Of a DNA stretch of 64,000 nt, positions 1-8,773 are shown piece after piece. The translations under genes were made by a program, and so were the position numbers. The stretch's first letter is position 1. Every line of letters starts with the position of its first letter. The notes beneath the pieces are model-generated. The model was not told where the DNA came from, ran no database searches, and was given only the letters and a program-made list of their open reading frames with translations. Source of the DNA: Candidatus Beckwithbacteria bacterium (GTDB taxonomy: Bacteria; Patescibacteriota; Microgenomatia; UBA1400; CG1-02-47-37); the NCBI GenBank assembly GCA_043803225.1, contig JAZDKF010000026.1:2250-66249 (forward strand), written 5' to 3'.

Positions 1-186
1 GAACGGGTCCTGCCCGACTTTGCCGATAAAACTCACCGGCAAGCCCAACTTGGCCAAACCGGAAGCGGTATTTGCCGGGGCCCCGCCAAACTTTTTCAAA
101 AACCCTTCCGACTCTATCAAACTGCCCGTATTCATGGCAATCATGTCTATCAACAGCTCACCAAAACAAGTTATTTGTTGTTTCAT
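1..186 (-). CDS. PfkB-family carbohydrate kinase, N-terminal fragment running off the window start
   Basis: The minus-strand translation from the ATG at 186-184 reads MKQQITCFGELLIDMIAMNTGSLIESEGFLKKFGGAPANTASGLAKLGLPVSFIGKVGQDPF, which is a fructokinase/ribokinase-type N-terminus (GEaLiD...FGGAPANvA...G....FIGkVG.D.FG). It is absent from the ORF track because it is truncated by the window edge. Confidence 0.55.
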   Translation of the reverse strand, partial: MKQQITCFGELLIDMIAMNTGSLIESEGFLKKFGGAPANTASGLAKLGLPVSFIGKVGQDPF

Positions 187-1361
187 GACCGCAGCTGTTC
201 TTTTCTGATCAGAATCTGCTTAAAAATATTATTAACATCATGAAAATCTGCAAACTCAAAATATGGTTGGCCGGTTTTCTTGACTTCCTCGACAAACTTA
301 GTCCCTCCGAGCACAAAAATACCTGCAGAAATACCGTTAGCGACACCTTGTAAACAACCTTCGTCAGATAAACCGTCAATGCTTAATAAATTGGCTAAAT
401 TTGGTCTAGTTATTACCCGCCTGGCTGTCACCACTTCTTTATCAATCGCTGTTACATCAGTGTTTTGTAAACCAGCAATATCCAACAAGTGGTCTCTTTT
501 TTCAACCGGGATTTGATTGATGCAGCTGGTGACGATCACCCGGAAGTTAGCGGAAATAATTGACAGGGGAATCCCCAAAGCCTTTGTCTTTTCAAAGAAC
601 TCTTCTACTCCCGGACGAAACTCCAATGTTCCCCCTATTGTCCTATAGACATCTTCGAGTTTTAATAATGCCTCTCTGGCATATCTGGCCATTACATACG
701 GCAAAACTCCTCGGCCATGTTTTTTCATGAAGTTTTCAAACTGCATCGCATGGGGCAAGTTGTTTAAATAGTCATCAGCCTTAGTTAAGGTTTTATCAAA
801 GTCCAGGCTAAATTGGACTCCGTCAAAGCGTAAAAGCCTCATCGCCACCCTGTCTATCATTTGCTCAGTTTGGCTTTTTTGTTCCCCGCCTTGGCTGAAA
901 AACTGTTTGTCTGCCTCTAAGTTTTTCTCTCCCACTGTGTTTAGTATGGCTAAATTTTCTGGTGTAGTAGCAATTAATCGTGCTTCTTTTAAACCCACCT
1001 TATAAGCATCAACCTGTCCCAACATTTGTTCCAGATGAATCAGGGCCGGACCATATACTTCAGGATAATCCGATCGCATCGCCGCCATCCATTCCTCGTC
1101 AGCCTTTTTATTCGTTTCATAAGTAAAATACACGGCTTTAATTTCCTCTAATAATTTGTAGTACTTATCTCCAGGCTCAGGGAATTTTGGAAGCTGTAGT
1201 TTATTACCAAAGTTATCTTTTTTTAATATATCAGCAGCCTGATTCCTTTCCTGTTTGGTTAACTCTCTTATATTTTTATTATCTAAAAAAGCAAACGGAT
1301 TAGTCATTTCACCCCCGACTGGAACCTTACTTCCCTTTTCACTTGCTACATCGTTCATCAT
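183..1361 (-). CDS. HAD-superfamily hydrolase domain protein with an N-terminal domain of unknown function
   Basis: 392-aa ORF. It carries a HAD motif I-like sequence (LDFDKTLT) in the middle of the protein. Its stop overlaps the start of the downstream PfkB kinase gene as ATGA. Confidence 0.4.
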   Translation of the reverse strand: MMNDVASEKGSKVPVGGEMTNPFAFLDNKNIRELTKQERNQAADILKKDNFGNKLQLPKFPEPGDKYYKLLEEIKAVYFTYETNKKADEEWMAAMRSDYPEVYGPALIHLEQMLGQVDAYKVGLKEARLIATTPENLAILNTVGEKNLEADKQFFSQGGEQKSQTEQMIDRVAMRLLRFDGVQFSLDFDKTLTKADDYLNNLPHAMQFENFMKKHGRGVLPYVMARYAREALLKLEDVYRTIGGTLEFRPGVEEFFEKTKALGIPLSIISANFRVIVTSCINQIPVEKRDHLLDIAGLQNTDVTAIDKEVVTARRVITRPNLANLLSIDGLSDEGCLQGVANGISAGIFVLGGTKFVEEVKKTGQPYFEFADFHDVNNIFKQILIRKEQLRS

Positions 1362-1422
1362 TGGTTTCTCTGTTATTGTCAGATTCCCGCATTATACACA
1401 ATATATGTATCTCTTTGTCAAG

Positions 1423-1493
1423 TTGCCGGACCAGGATTCGAACCTAGAACAAAGGCTTCAAAGGCCTCTGTGATGCCATTTCACCATCCGGCA
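1423..1493 (-). tRNA. tRNA-Gln(UUG)
   Basis: Hand-folded cloverleaf of 71 nt. Acceptor stem is UGCCGGA/UCCGGCA with a U1-A72 pair as in E. coli tRNA-Gln. D-stem is GUGA/UCAC. Anticodon stem is GAGGC/GCCUU with loop CUUUGAA (anticodon UUG). T-arm is CUAGG-UUCGAAU-CCUGG. CCA is not encoded. Confidence 0.85.
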
Positions 1494-1499
1494 ATAGTC

Positions 1500-2750
1500 T
1501 TATTTTACCATGACCGCTTCTTTTATTCTCTTCACCGCCTCAATTAACGACTCCAAACTGCCGGCAATCGAAATTCTAATATACTCATCTTTTTCTTGAG
1601 CTAATCTTTTCCCAAAATGCTGTCTTGCTAGCACTGCCACGCCTCGTTTGCCTTTTTTGTCATAAGTCAATAAATACTGTCTCATTGCTTCTGAATCTTT
1701 TAACTTTAACTTTTTACATGCTTCCGTTACATTAACAAATAAGTAAAAAGAGCCGAGCGGACTATAGCATTTAATTCCTTCTATTTGATTCAGCGCTTTA
1801 ACAATCACGTCTCGCTTCTTTCGGTAAAGTTTAATTTCCTTCTGCGCTTCGAGCTGATTTTTGCCTAACACCGCTTCAGCCGCTCTCATGCAGGGAACGG
1901 GTAGATTAGACCAGAAATTAATCGCGAACGTGGTAAATTTGGCGCTAAAATCTTTAATCTTCGAAGCGGCAAAGCCTAATCGCAGTCCGGTCATTGCATA
2001 AGTTTTGGAAAAGCCGTCTAAAATAACCGTCCGTTCGGCCATGCCCGGCTGACTGACAATACTATCTGTCACCTTAAACTTATTTCCTTTATAACTGATT
2101 TCTTTTAAGCTATCTCCAAAAGCTATCCGGGAATAAATTTCATCGGCTAAAATATAAAAATCATATTTTTTAGCCAGTTTAGCTATTTCTGCTAGATCAT
2201 TTTTTTCCAACACTCCGCCGGTTGGATTAGATGGGGAGTTTAAAATCAACAGTTTGGTTTGCCGACTCACCAATTTTCTTAAATCATTAATCTCAAACTT
2301 AAAACCATTTGATTCTTTTAGTAGAATCGGTCTGGCTTTAGCCCCGGTAAAATTAACCATTGATTCATAAATCGGGTAGCCCGGGGTCGGATAAATTACT
2401 TCTTCGCCTCTATTAACCAAAATAAACATGGTGCCGCCGATAACTGGTTTGCCTCCTGGCGCCATAACAATATCTTGGGCCTGATAGCTTATTTTTCGGG
2501 TAACGGTTAAATATTTGGCGATTGCTTCTCTTAAACTATCGATTCCGGCTGAAGCCGTATAATGGGTTTCATGATTATTCACTGACTCAATCATGGCTTT
2601 GGTCGCGGCTTTGGCAATATTGCCGCTTGGTTCCCCGATATTTACCTTAACAATGTCATAGCCTTGTTTTTCCAAAGCTGCAATCTGCGGTCCGATTGCA
2701 AATGCATTTTCTGTACCTATCTTCTCAAAAACTTTTGATCCTGCTTTCAT
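1500..2750 (-). CDS. PLP-dependent aminotransferase, class I/II (aspartate/LL-DAP aminotransferase-like)
   Basis: 416 aa. Contains the fold-type I motifs NPSNPTG and FSKTYAMTGLRLGF, the latter holding the PLP-binding lysine. Confidence 0.8.
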   Translation of the reverse strand: MKAGSKVFEKIGTENAFAIGPQIAALEKQGYDIVKVNIGEPSGNIAKAATKAMIESVNNHETHYTASAGIDSLREAIAKYLTVTRKISYQAQDIVMAPGGKPVIGGTMFILVNRGEEVIYPTPGYPIYESMVNFTGAKARPILLKESNGFKFEINDLRKLVSRQTKLLILNSPSNPTGGVLEKNDLAEIAKLAKKYDFYILADEIYSRIAFGDSLKEISYKGNKFKVTDSIVSQPGMAERTVILDGFSKTYAMTGLRLGFAASKIKDFSAKFTTFAINFWSNLPVPCMRAAEAVLGKNQLEAQKEIKLYRKKRDVIVKALNQIEGIKCYSPLGSFYLFVNVTEACKKLKLKDSEAMRQYLLTYDKKGKRGVAVLARQHFGKRLAQEKDEYIRISIAGSLESLIEAVKRIKEAVMVK

Positions 2751-2756
2751 ATTAAA

Positions 2757-4757
2757 TTACTCCTTTAAACTCGTAATAACTTTTTTGGCAATAAATTCTG
2801 CACTTAATTTAAAGGCTTTCATTAATTCCCAAGATCCGCCGCTTTCCCCAAACTTATCCTCAACTCCGATCATTGCCATCTTTACCGGCTTGGATAAACA
2901 GGCTGTCATAATTACCCCGGCAACCAAATTACCCAAACCGCCTTTTTGGTGTTCTTCGGCGGTGACAATCAACTTGGTCTCTTGACCTGCTTTAATAATC
3001 GTCTTTTTATCTAAGGGTTTCAGTGTGTGTAAATTTATTACTCTGACTTTTATCTTAAACTCAGTTTCTAAAATCCAGGCCGCCCGCATTGCTTCGGCCA
3101 ATTCCGGTCCGCAGCTGATCAGAGTTACCTTTTCCTGCTCATTTTTATATTTAGACCCTAAAATTGTCTCAAACGCGTCAATAAAATTATTCTTAATTCC
3201 TCTAAACCTAATAACATTTGCCTGACCAAATACTAGAGGTGTTTTTTTGGTCGTTAAAATCGGCGTTGCTTCTCTGGCAAATCTGATATATTTTGGGCCC
3301 TTAACTTTAAACAGTAAATATTCTGTCAGTCTTTCTGTCTCAATTGAATCACACGGAACCGCTAAATTCATGTTCGGTAAAATTCCGACTACGGAAAACT
3401 CTTCTAAAGATTGGTGCGTCGCTCCGTCGGCACCGACCGAAACCCCGCCGTGCGCCCCGCCGAACATCACATTCAAATTGCCATAACAAATCGAAGTTCT
3501 CATCTGGTCAGCGTTTCTTTGCGAACAAAATACGCCATAAGTACCCAATACCGGCAATTTCCCTTCTCTGGCCAGTCCTCCGGCCACGGTAGTGGCGCTT
3601 TGTTCCGCAATTCCCATCGACAACCAGCGGTTTTTTCGGTCTTCAAATCCCTCATGAAATTTTGAAATCTGGATTGAATCAGAAATATCCAGACCCAAAC
3701 ACACTACTCGTTTATCGCCGCCTCGCTTCGCCAATGTTTTGCCAAAACCAAATCGGGTTGGTTCCATCTGCACTTTCATGGTTTCTCCATTGTTCCACCA
3801 ATAATCCCGTTTAAATTTCGGAACGCTTTTATTAATTAAAACCGTGGCCTTTTCCTGAAATTTTCTGGCTTTTTCTTTAAATTCAATCGGGTTTAACTCC
3901 TTATTAAGCTTTAATTCTTTCAGAGACTTTTCCAGTTCTTCATCATTTGGAGCCTTACCGTGCCACCCGGCCACATTTTCCATAAAGCTAACCCCTTTGC
4001 CTTTTATCGTTCTAAATACAATTGCCGCTGGTTTACCCTGAACTGCTTTTGCTTTTTCAAATGTGGTTAAAATCTCTTCCAGGTTATGGCCGTTAACCTT
4101 AAACACTTTAAATCCAAAACTAGTTAATTTTTCATTTAACCAGTCCAGTTTCATGACTGTTTCGGTATTGCCGTCAATCTGCAAATAATTTCTATCGATG
4201 CAAACAATTAAGTTATCTAAATTATAATGAGCCGCCTCCATCGCTGCTTCCCACATAGAACCTTCGGCCCACTCACCATCGCCGGTAATTGTATAAATTT
4301 TATGAGTTTGCTTGTTTAATTTAGCTGCTAAAGCCATTCCTACGGCTAAACTCAATCCTTGACCCAGTGATCCGGTGGAAACTTCCACACCCTTAACTTT
4401 TAACCAATGGGGATGACCTTGAAACTTAGAGCCAAATTTTCTAAGTAGTGCCGTCTCTTCAATCGGAAAGTATCCGGACATTCCTAAAGCGGTATACAAA
4501 GCCGGAGCCTTATGGCCGGCTGACCAAACCACTCTATCTCTATTTTTCCAATTAGGGTCTTTCGGATCGTGATGGAGCACAGACAAATATAAGGCTGCTG
4601 CAACATCCATCACTGACAATGATCCGCCGGAATGCCCGCTGCCGGCACAACTTATAGCTGTAAGACAATAACCCCTCATTCTGTTAGCTGTTTCCTTAAG
4701 TTTGCCTATCGAATACCGAACTCTTACCTTACCTGTCTTTGAATCTATGATTGCCAT
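2757..4757 (-). CDS. tkt: transketolase
   Basis: 666 aa. The N-terminal thiamine-diphosphate-binding motif GHSGGSLSVMDV is present, and the protein is full-length with the pyrimidine-binding and C-terminal domains. Confidence 0.9.
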   Translation of the reverse strand: MAIIDSKTGKVRVRYSIGKLKETANRMRGYCLTAISCAGSGHSGGSLSVMDVAAALYLSVLHHDPKDPNWKNRDRVVWSAGHKAPALYTALGMSGYFPIEETALLRKFGSKFQGHPHWLKVKGVEVSTGSLGQGLSLAVGMALAAKLNKQTHKIYTITGDGEWAEGSMWEAAMEAAHYNLDNLIVCIDRNYLQIDGNTETVMKLDWLNEKLTSFGFKVFKVNGHNLEEILTTFEKAKAVQGKPAAIVFRTIKGKGVSFMENVAGWHGKAPNDEELEKSLKELKLNKELNPIEFKEKARKFQEKATVLINKSVPKFKRDYWWNNGETMKVQMEPTRFGFGKTLAKRGGDKRVVCLGLDISDSIQISKFHEGFEDRKNRWLSMGIAEQSATTVAGGLAREGKLPVLGTYGVFCSQRNADQMRTSICYGNLNVMFGGAHGGVSVGADGATHQSLEEFSVVGILPNMNLAVPCDSIETERLTEYLLFKVKGPKYIRFAREATPILTTKKTPLVFGQANVIRFRGIKNNFIDAFETILGSKYKNEQEKVTLISCGPELAEAMRAAWILETEFKIKVRVINLHTLKPLDKKTIIKAGQETKLIVTAEEHQKGGLGNLVAGVIMTACLSKPVKMAMIGVEDKFGESGGSWELMKAFKLSAEFIAKKVITSLKE

Positions 4758-4815
4758 AGTTTAAGGATTTTTCCAGTGTCTCATTAAACCCTTATTCTGT
4801 CAAGCAATAATTTTG

Positions 4816-4888
4816 AGCGGGAAACGGGATTTGAACCCGCGACCTTCTCGTTGGCAACGAGACGCTCTACCAGCTGAGCTACTCCCGC
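4816..4888 (-). tRNA. tRNA-Gly(GCC)
   Basis: 73 nt. Acceptor GCGGGAG/UUCCCGC, D-arm GCUC..GAGC, anticodon stem UCUCG/CGAGA with loop UUGCCAA, T-arm GCGGG-UUCAAAU-CCCGU, discriminator U. Confidence 0.9.
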
Positions 4889-4898
4889 ACTACTGCAT

Positions 4899-5147
4899 TC
4901 AATTTCTGTATTTTACCAAATTTTCTTTTTTTATTCTTGACCAACCTTTAATCTCTCTTTCTCTCTTTAAAGCTTCAATTCTTGAATTAAAGCTTTCTTT
5001 ATGAACTAGCTGAACCGGTAGCTTCCCTCTAATTGACTTCGCTCCTCTCTTTCCAAAATTATGTTCCCAGATTCTTTTCTCAATATTAGCTGTACTCCCT
5101 GTATAAAAAGTTCCATCCTTACATTGAACAATATAAACATAAAACAT
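4899..5147 (-). CDS. GIY-YIG nuclease family protein (UPF0213/YhbQ-like)
   Basis: 82 aa, beginning MFYVYIVQCKDGTFYTGSTANIEKRIWEHN, which is a GIY-YIG motif. It sits inside the tRNA array. Confidence 0.75.
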   Translation of the reverse strand: MFYVYIVQCKDGTFYTGSTANIEKRIWEHNFGKRGAKSIRGKLPVQLVHKESFNSRIEALKREREIKGWSRIKKENLVKYRN

Positions 5148-5213
5148 TTTGTGTGCCTTTACTTCTCAAACCAATGTGCCCCGCACTGAGGCCGACGTAA
5201 CCGTCGGCCGAAG

Positions 5214-5286
5214 TGGCAAGGATTGGAATCGGACCAATATCTGACGTTTTTCAGACGCCCGCCGTGACCAACTTGGCTACCTTGCC
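5214..5286 (-). tRNA. tRNA-Phe(GAA)
   Basis: 73 nt. Acceptor GGCAAGG/CCUUGCC, anticodon stem GGCGU/ACGUC with loop CUGAAAA, T-arm AUUGG-UCCGAUU-CCAAU, discriminator A. Confidence 0.85.
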
Positions 5287-5315
5287 GTTTGTGCTCCGCA
5301 CCGAGCGAAGCGAGG

Positions 5316-5388
5316 TGACCGCTGCAGGGATTGAACCTGCGACCCTTGCGATGTAAACGCAATGCTCTACCAGCTGAGCTAAGCGGTC
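5316..5388 (-). tRNA. tRNA-Val(UAC)
   Basis: 73 nt. Acceptor GACCGCU/AGCGGUC, D-arm GCUC-AGCUGGUA-GAGC, anticodon stem UUGCG/CGCAA with loop UUUACAU, T-arm GCAGG-UUCAAUC-CCUGC. Confidence 0.9.
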
Positions 5389-5428
5389 TAATTTTAACAC
5401 AAATGTGCTTGCACTGAACGCAGCGAAG

Positions 5429-5510
5429 TGCCGGGAACAGGACTTGAACCTGCACGCCTTTCGGCATACGCACCTCAAGCGTACGTGTATACCAGTTTCA
5501 CCATCCCGGC
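5429..5510 (-). tRNA. tRNA-Leu(GAG)
   Basis: 82-nt type II tRNA. Acceptor GCCGGGA/UCCCGGC, anticodon stem UACGC/GCGUA with loop UUGAGGU, long variable arm, T-arm GCAGG-UUCAAGU-CCUGU. Confidence 0.88.
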
Positions 5511-5570
5511 TGGTATCATCTATTCTACCAGAACTTTACCAATATCCTAAACCCTGCTATAACTTAAACC

Positions 5571-6122
5571 ATGAAATCACTTACTAATCGGGAACTGGCT
5601 CTCACGGCTGCTTTAGCCGCAATTTCTGCTGTCCTTCAGCTGATTCACTTCGGTTATCAATCACCTCAATGGGGGATGTGGCTTGATTTAGTGGCTGTCT
5701 CCTGGCTGATCGCTTTTTTTCTCTTTGGTTTTAAATCCGCCCTCTATGTTTCGCTTACCGGGGCTCTAGTTATTACTTTATTTGCCCCTGATACTTGGCT
5801 GGGCGCTTCAATGAAGTGGTTAGCTACAACTCCAATGTGGTTATCTCTTGCCTGGTTTTCAAACAAAAAATATTTAAAACTTAAAAATCTTATTCTGCCT
5901 CTGATTATTGGTTTAATCCTTCGCTCGTTGATCATTGTTCCAGTCAACTACTTTTATGCTATTCCTATCTGGACTGGCATGCCCGCAGCTGTAGCGATTA
6001 AAGTTATTCCCTGGTACATCATTGTCGGATTTAATACTATTCAGGGCCTTACCGATGTTCTCCTGGCTTGGACAATTGTTTTTCGCTTCCGTTTAAACCG
6101 TTTTGCCAGTGATCGATCATGA
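5571..6122 (+). CDS. ECF transporter S (substrate-capture) component, substrate unknown
   Basis: 183-aa polytopic membrane protein. It lies immediately upstream of, and overlaps, the EcfA and EcfT genes. Confidence 0.55.
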   Translation: MKSLTNRELALTAALAAISAVLQLIHFGYQSPQWGMWLDLVAVSWLIAFFLFGFKSALYVSLTGALVITLFAPDTWLGASMKWLATTPMWLSLAWFSNKKYLKLKNLILPLIIGLILRSLIIVPVNYFYAIPIWTGMPAAVAIKVIPWYIIVGFNTIQGLTDVLLAWTIVFRFRLNRFASDRS

Positions 6123-6844
6123 AAATTGGTCTATCTCTTTCCCAGGTTTCTTTTGCCTATCAGAAAAATAAACCTGTCCTAAAATCAATTTCTCTGGAAA
6201 TTAAGCCAACTAGTTTTTTAGCCATTAGCGGTAATAATGGTTCCGGCAAATCCACTTTATCTTTGTTATTAAACGGCCTGATACCTAACCAAATTCAAGG
6301 CGATTTTTCCGGACAAGTTTTAGTTGACGGAGTTAGCACCGCTGCCAAACCAGTCAGCTTTTTTGCTTCTAAAGTCGGCTTAGTCTTTCAAAATCCGGAC
6401 TTTTCTATCTTTAACCTGACTGTCCAAGAAGAATTGCTGTTTGGCTTAACCAACTTAAAACTCTCACACCCGGAGCAGCGAATCAACCATGCCTTAAAAC
6501 AGGTCAGAATGGCTTCATTTCTTAAAATAGACCCTCAAACCTTAAGTTATGGCCAAAAGCAAAAAATCTGCTTGGCCGCTGTCTTGGCTTTAAATCCCGA
6601 CTACTTAGTCCTGGACGAGCCCACCTCAATGCTCGATCACCGCAGCAGCGTTGAACTTTATCAAATCCTAACCAGGCTGAATCAACAAGGAAAAACTATT
6701 ATTGTGGTCGAACACCATCTGGATCTAATTAAAACCTACACTCAGCAAACCTTAATCTTAGATCAGGGGAAAATTGCCGCTTTTGGTCTAACTAAATCAA
6801 TTCTAGCTAAAACTAAACTCTTAAATACTCTTGGCCTGATTTAA
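6119..6844 (+). CDS. energy-coupling factor transporter ATPase (EcfA/CbiO-like)
   Basis: 241 aa. Walker A motif GNNGSGKST, ABC signature LSYGQKQ, Walker B motif LVLDEPTS. Confidence 0.85.
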   Translation: MKIGLSLSQVSFAYQKNKPVLKSISLEIKPTSFLAISGNNGSGKSTLSLLLNGLIPNQIQGDFSGQVLVDGVSTAAKPVSFFASKVGLVFQNPDFSIFNLTVQEELLFGLTNLKLSHPEQRINHALKQVRMASFLKIDPQTLSYGQKQKICLAAVLALNPDYLVLDEPTSMLDHRSSVELYQILTRLNQQGKTIIVVEHHLDLIKTYTQQTLILDQGKIAAFGLTKSILAKTKLLNTLGLI

Positions 6845-6845
6845 T

Positions 6846-7367
6846 ATGTTCCCATTAATTTTACTCTTGGCTTTTTCCACTATTTTAATCTTTATCCGAT
6901 CCTGGCAGCTGCTGCTTTTTATTTTTGTGATTCTGATCGGAATAATCAGCCTTAAACAGTCAGTCTTTAAACGCTTAAAACCTTTACTTTTTACCCTTAT
7001 CTTGCTATTTCTCTTTCAACTGCTTTTAAATCAGACTCAGACCGTTTCTGTTCGGCTCACCCAAATGATTACTGCCGGCTTAAAAATTGTTAACTTAAGT
7101 TTATTGGTCTTTTACTACACTTCGACTCACTCTCCGGCTCAAATTAGTCAGGCTTTTTCTTTTCTGCCTGCTTCCGGCCGGCTGATTCTCACCATGACTT
7201 TTTCTCTAATTCCTCTGATTTTTAAAGAAGCTAAAACCATTCTGGTTTTACAAAAATCCCGCGGCTACCGCAGCCGCAATCCCTTGCCAATAATTATTCC
7301 CTTGCTTCACCGTACCTTCAAACGCTCTGAACAAATTGCTCTGTCTCTAACCAGCCGGGGATACTAA
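6846..7367 (+). CDS. ECF transporter transmembrane T component (EcfT/CbiQ-like, short)
   Basis: 173-aa membrane protein with a C-terminal Arg-rich coupling region (KSRGYRSRNP...SLTSRGY). Confidence 0.6.
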   Translation: MFPLILLLAFSTILIFIRSWQLLLFIFVILIGIISLKQSVFKRLKPLLFTLILLFLFQLLLNQTQTVSVRLTQMITAGLKIVNLSLLVFYYTSTHSPAQISQAFSFLPASGRLILTMTFSLIPLIFKEAKTILVLQKSRGYRSRNPLPIIIPLLHRTFKRSEQIALSLTSRGY

Positions 7368-7372
7368 AAAAT

Positions 7373-7945
7373 CTATTTTTGTCTTTTAATTACCACACCG
7401 TAATATTGAGGAAAATCATTATAATCAGGGCTTGGGGGAATATCGGGAATTATCTTAACCGTACAATTTTGAATCTGTAAAGGTAAATTAGGAATGTTAC
7501 GACTATTAATTGTGACGTATAAATTTCCACTAGGTTTAAGTTGTTTAGCTAAATAAGTTAAAGAGTCTGTTGGATGAAGCATAGTTGCCCCAATAAATAT
7601 AATTGTGTCAAATAATTGATTAGGATTATTGTCAAAATAGGTTCCATAGCTTGTCCCATCAATTTTCATGGAAATTTGATAATTTTTATTAAAAACATCA
7701 ATTATCGGTATTGCTAATGACTTAGCCGTACCGATTAAAGTTAAACTTTGAATAGATCCATCAATAATTTTAGGTTCCAATAAAGCAACTTCTTCTAACC
7801 AATCTCCGGCACCAATAATCATCACCTCTCCACTAGCTTTAATATCTAGAGGTTTTATATGGTTTTGAAAATCTGTAAATGGAGGAAATCCAATAGAGCG
7901 AAGGCGGGAAACAATACTAGTAAGCGGTAGAGGTATTTCTGTCAT
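7373..7945 (-). CDS. class I SAM-dependent methyltransferase-like protein
   Basis: The start was trimmed to the ATG at 7945 because the upstream part of the ORF-track ORF overlaps tRNA-Leu(CAG). It contains MTase-like motifs (EVMIIGAGDW; FDTIIF...LKPSGNLYV). Confidence 0.4.
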   Translation of the reverse strand: MTEIPLPLTSIVSRLRSIGFPPFTDFQNHIKPLDIKASGEVMIIGAGDWLEEVALLEPKIIDGSIQSLTLIGTAKSLAIPIIDVFNKNYQISMKIDGTSYGTYFDNNPNQLFDTIIFIGATMLHPTDSLTYLAKQLKPSGNLYVTINSRNIPNLPLQIQNCTVKIIPDIPPSPDYNDFPQYYGVVIKRQK

Positions 7946-7947
7946 TG

Positions 7948-8029
7948 TGCCGATGGCGGGACTCGAACCCACATACCTTGCGGCACACGCCCCTGAAGCG
8001 TGCGTGTCTACCAATTTCACCACATCGGC
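7948..8029 (-). tRNA. tRNA-Leu(CAG)
   Basis: 82 nt. Acceptor GCCGAUG/CAUCGGC, anticodon stem CACGC/GCGUG with loop UUCAGGG, long variable arm, T-loop UUCGAGU. Confidence 0.88.
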
Positions 8030-8089
8030 CCTCATCAGCCTTTGGCTGAACTTGATTTATAGTTTAACATATGGGAAAGTAATATCCAG

Positions 8090-8674
8090 ATGAAATCGAT
8101 TTTCGCTATCTTATCATGGCTTTCTGCAACTGGAGTAACTTTAATAATTACTCTGGCGGTTTATGCTAATCTTGACCAAATTACCCAGCCATCGCTAAGA
8201 CCAAAAATTGAGTATGCCCAATCTGATTCGATTACCTCCAGAGCCGTACTGCCTGAAGTTTTGGGCGCTTTTACTTACTCGGTTAAATCTGACGATGCTA
8301 TTCCGGAAATCATTAAATCATACTTAAAACAATATAACTCGCCCTTACTGCCTTATGCTGATTATATTGTGACTTCTTCTCGCCGTTATTATATTGATCC
8401 GCGCTTGATTGTCGCCATTGCCCAACAGGAATCAAATTTATGTAAAAAAATTCCCTCTGATTCTCATAACTGCTGGGGCTGGGGAATTCATTCTCAGGGA
8501 ACACTTAAATTTTCAACTTACAAAGAAGCTATCGATACAGTTACTCAAGGATTGGCTCAAAACTATCTTGGAAAAGGTTTAATTACTCCTGAGGAAATTA
8601 TGGGCATTTATACGCCGCTGTCAGATGGCTCCTGGGCTAGGGGAGTTCAACAGTTTCTGGATGAAATGAATTAA
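8090..8674 (+). CDS. secreted lysozyme-like / lytic transglycosylase (SLT)-domain protein
   Basis: Has an N-terminal TM/signal segment. The motif IVAIAQQESNL is an SLT-type catalytic Glu-Ser motif. Confidence 0.55.
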   Translation: MKSIFAILSWLSATGVTLIITLAVYANLDQITQPSLRPKIEYAQSDSITSRAVLPEVLGAFTYSVKSDDAIPEIIKSYLKQYNSPLLPYADYIVTSSRRYYIDPRLIVAIAQQESNLCKKIPSDSHNCWGWGIHSQGTLKFSTYKEAIDTVTQGLAQNYLGKGLITPEEIMGIYTPLSDGSWARGVQQFLDEMN

Positions 8675-8773
8675 CCTCTAATATAAATTATTTTACCCAA
8701 AAAAAATCCATCAGTGTGCCCGGTGAGGCATTACCGACGGATCTAAAAAGGATATTAGCATAAGTCTTATAAT

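Noticed and set aside
20-208. Plus-strand 62-aa ORF at the window start
   Set aside because: It is antisense to the PfkB kinase N-terminus, which has a clear family match on the minus strand.
5159-5478. Two ORF-track ORFs on the minus strand (5159..5473, 104 aa; 5251..5478, 75 aa)
   Set aside because: They lie entirely over the tRNA-Leu(GAG), tRNA-Val(UAC) and tRNA-Phe(GAA) genes. Their sequences are Arg/Cys/Gly-rich read-throughs of tRNA stems and are not coding.
7946-8035. N-terminal 30 aa of ORF 7373..8035 (MRADVVKLVDTHASGACAARYVGSSPAIGT)
   Set aside because: This segment is the in-frame translation of tRNA-Leu(CAG) at 7948..8029. The CDS was trimmed to the ATG at 7945.
8690-8760. Hairpin plus A-tract upstream of murT (minus-strand reading gives hairpin followed by UUUUUUUU)
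   Set aside because: It would act as a terminator only for minus-strand transcription. Both flanking genes are on the plus strand, so this is probably an orphan or antisense-insulating hairpin or a leader structure. Not enough evidence to call.
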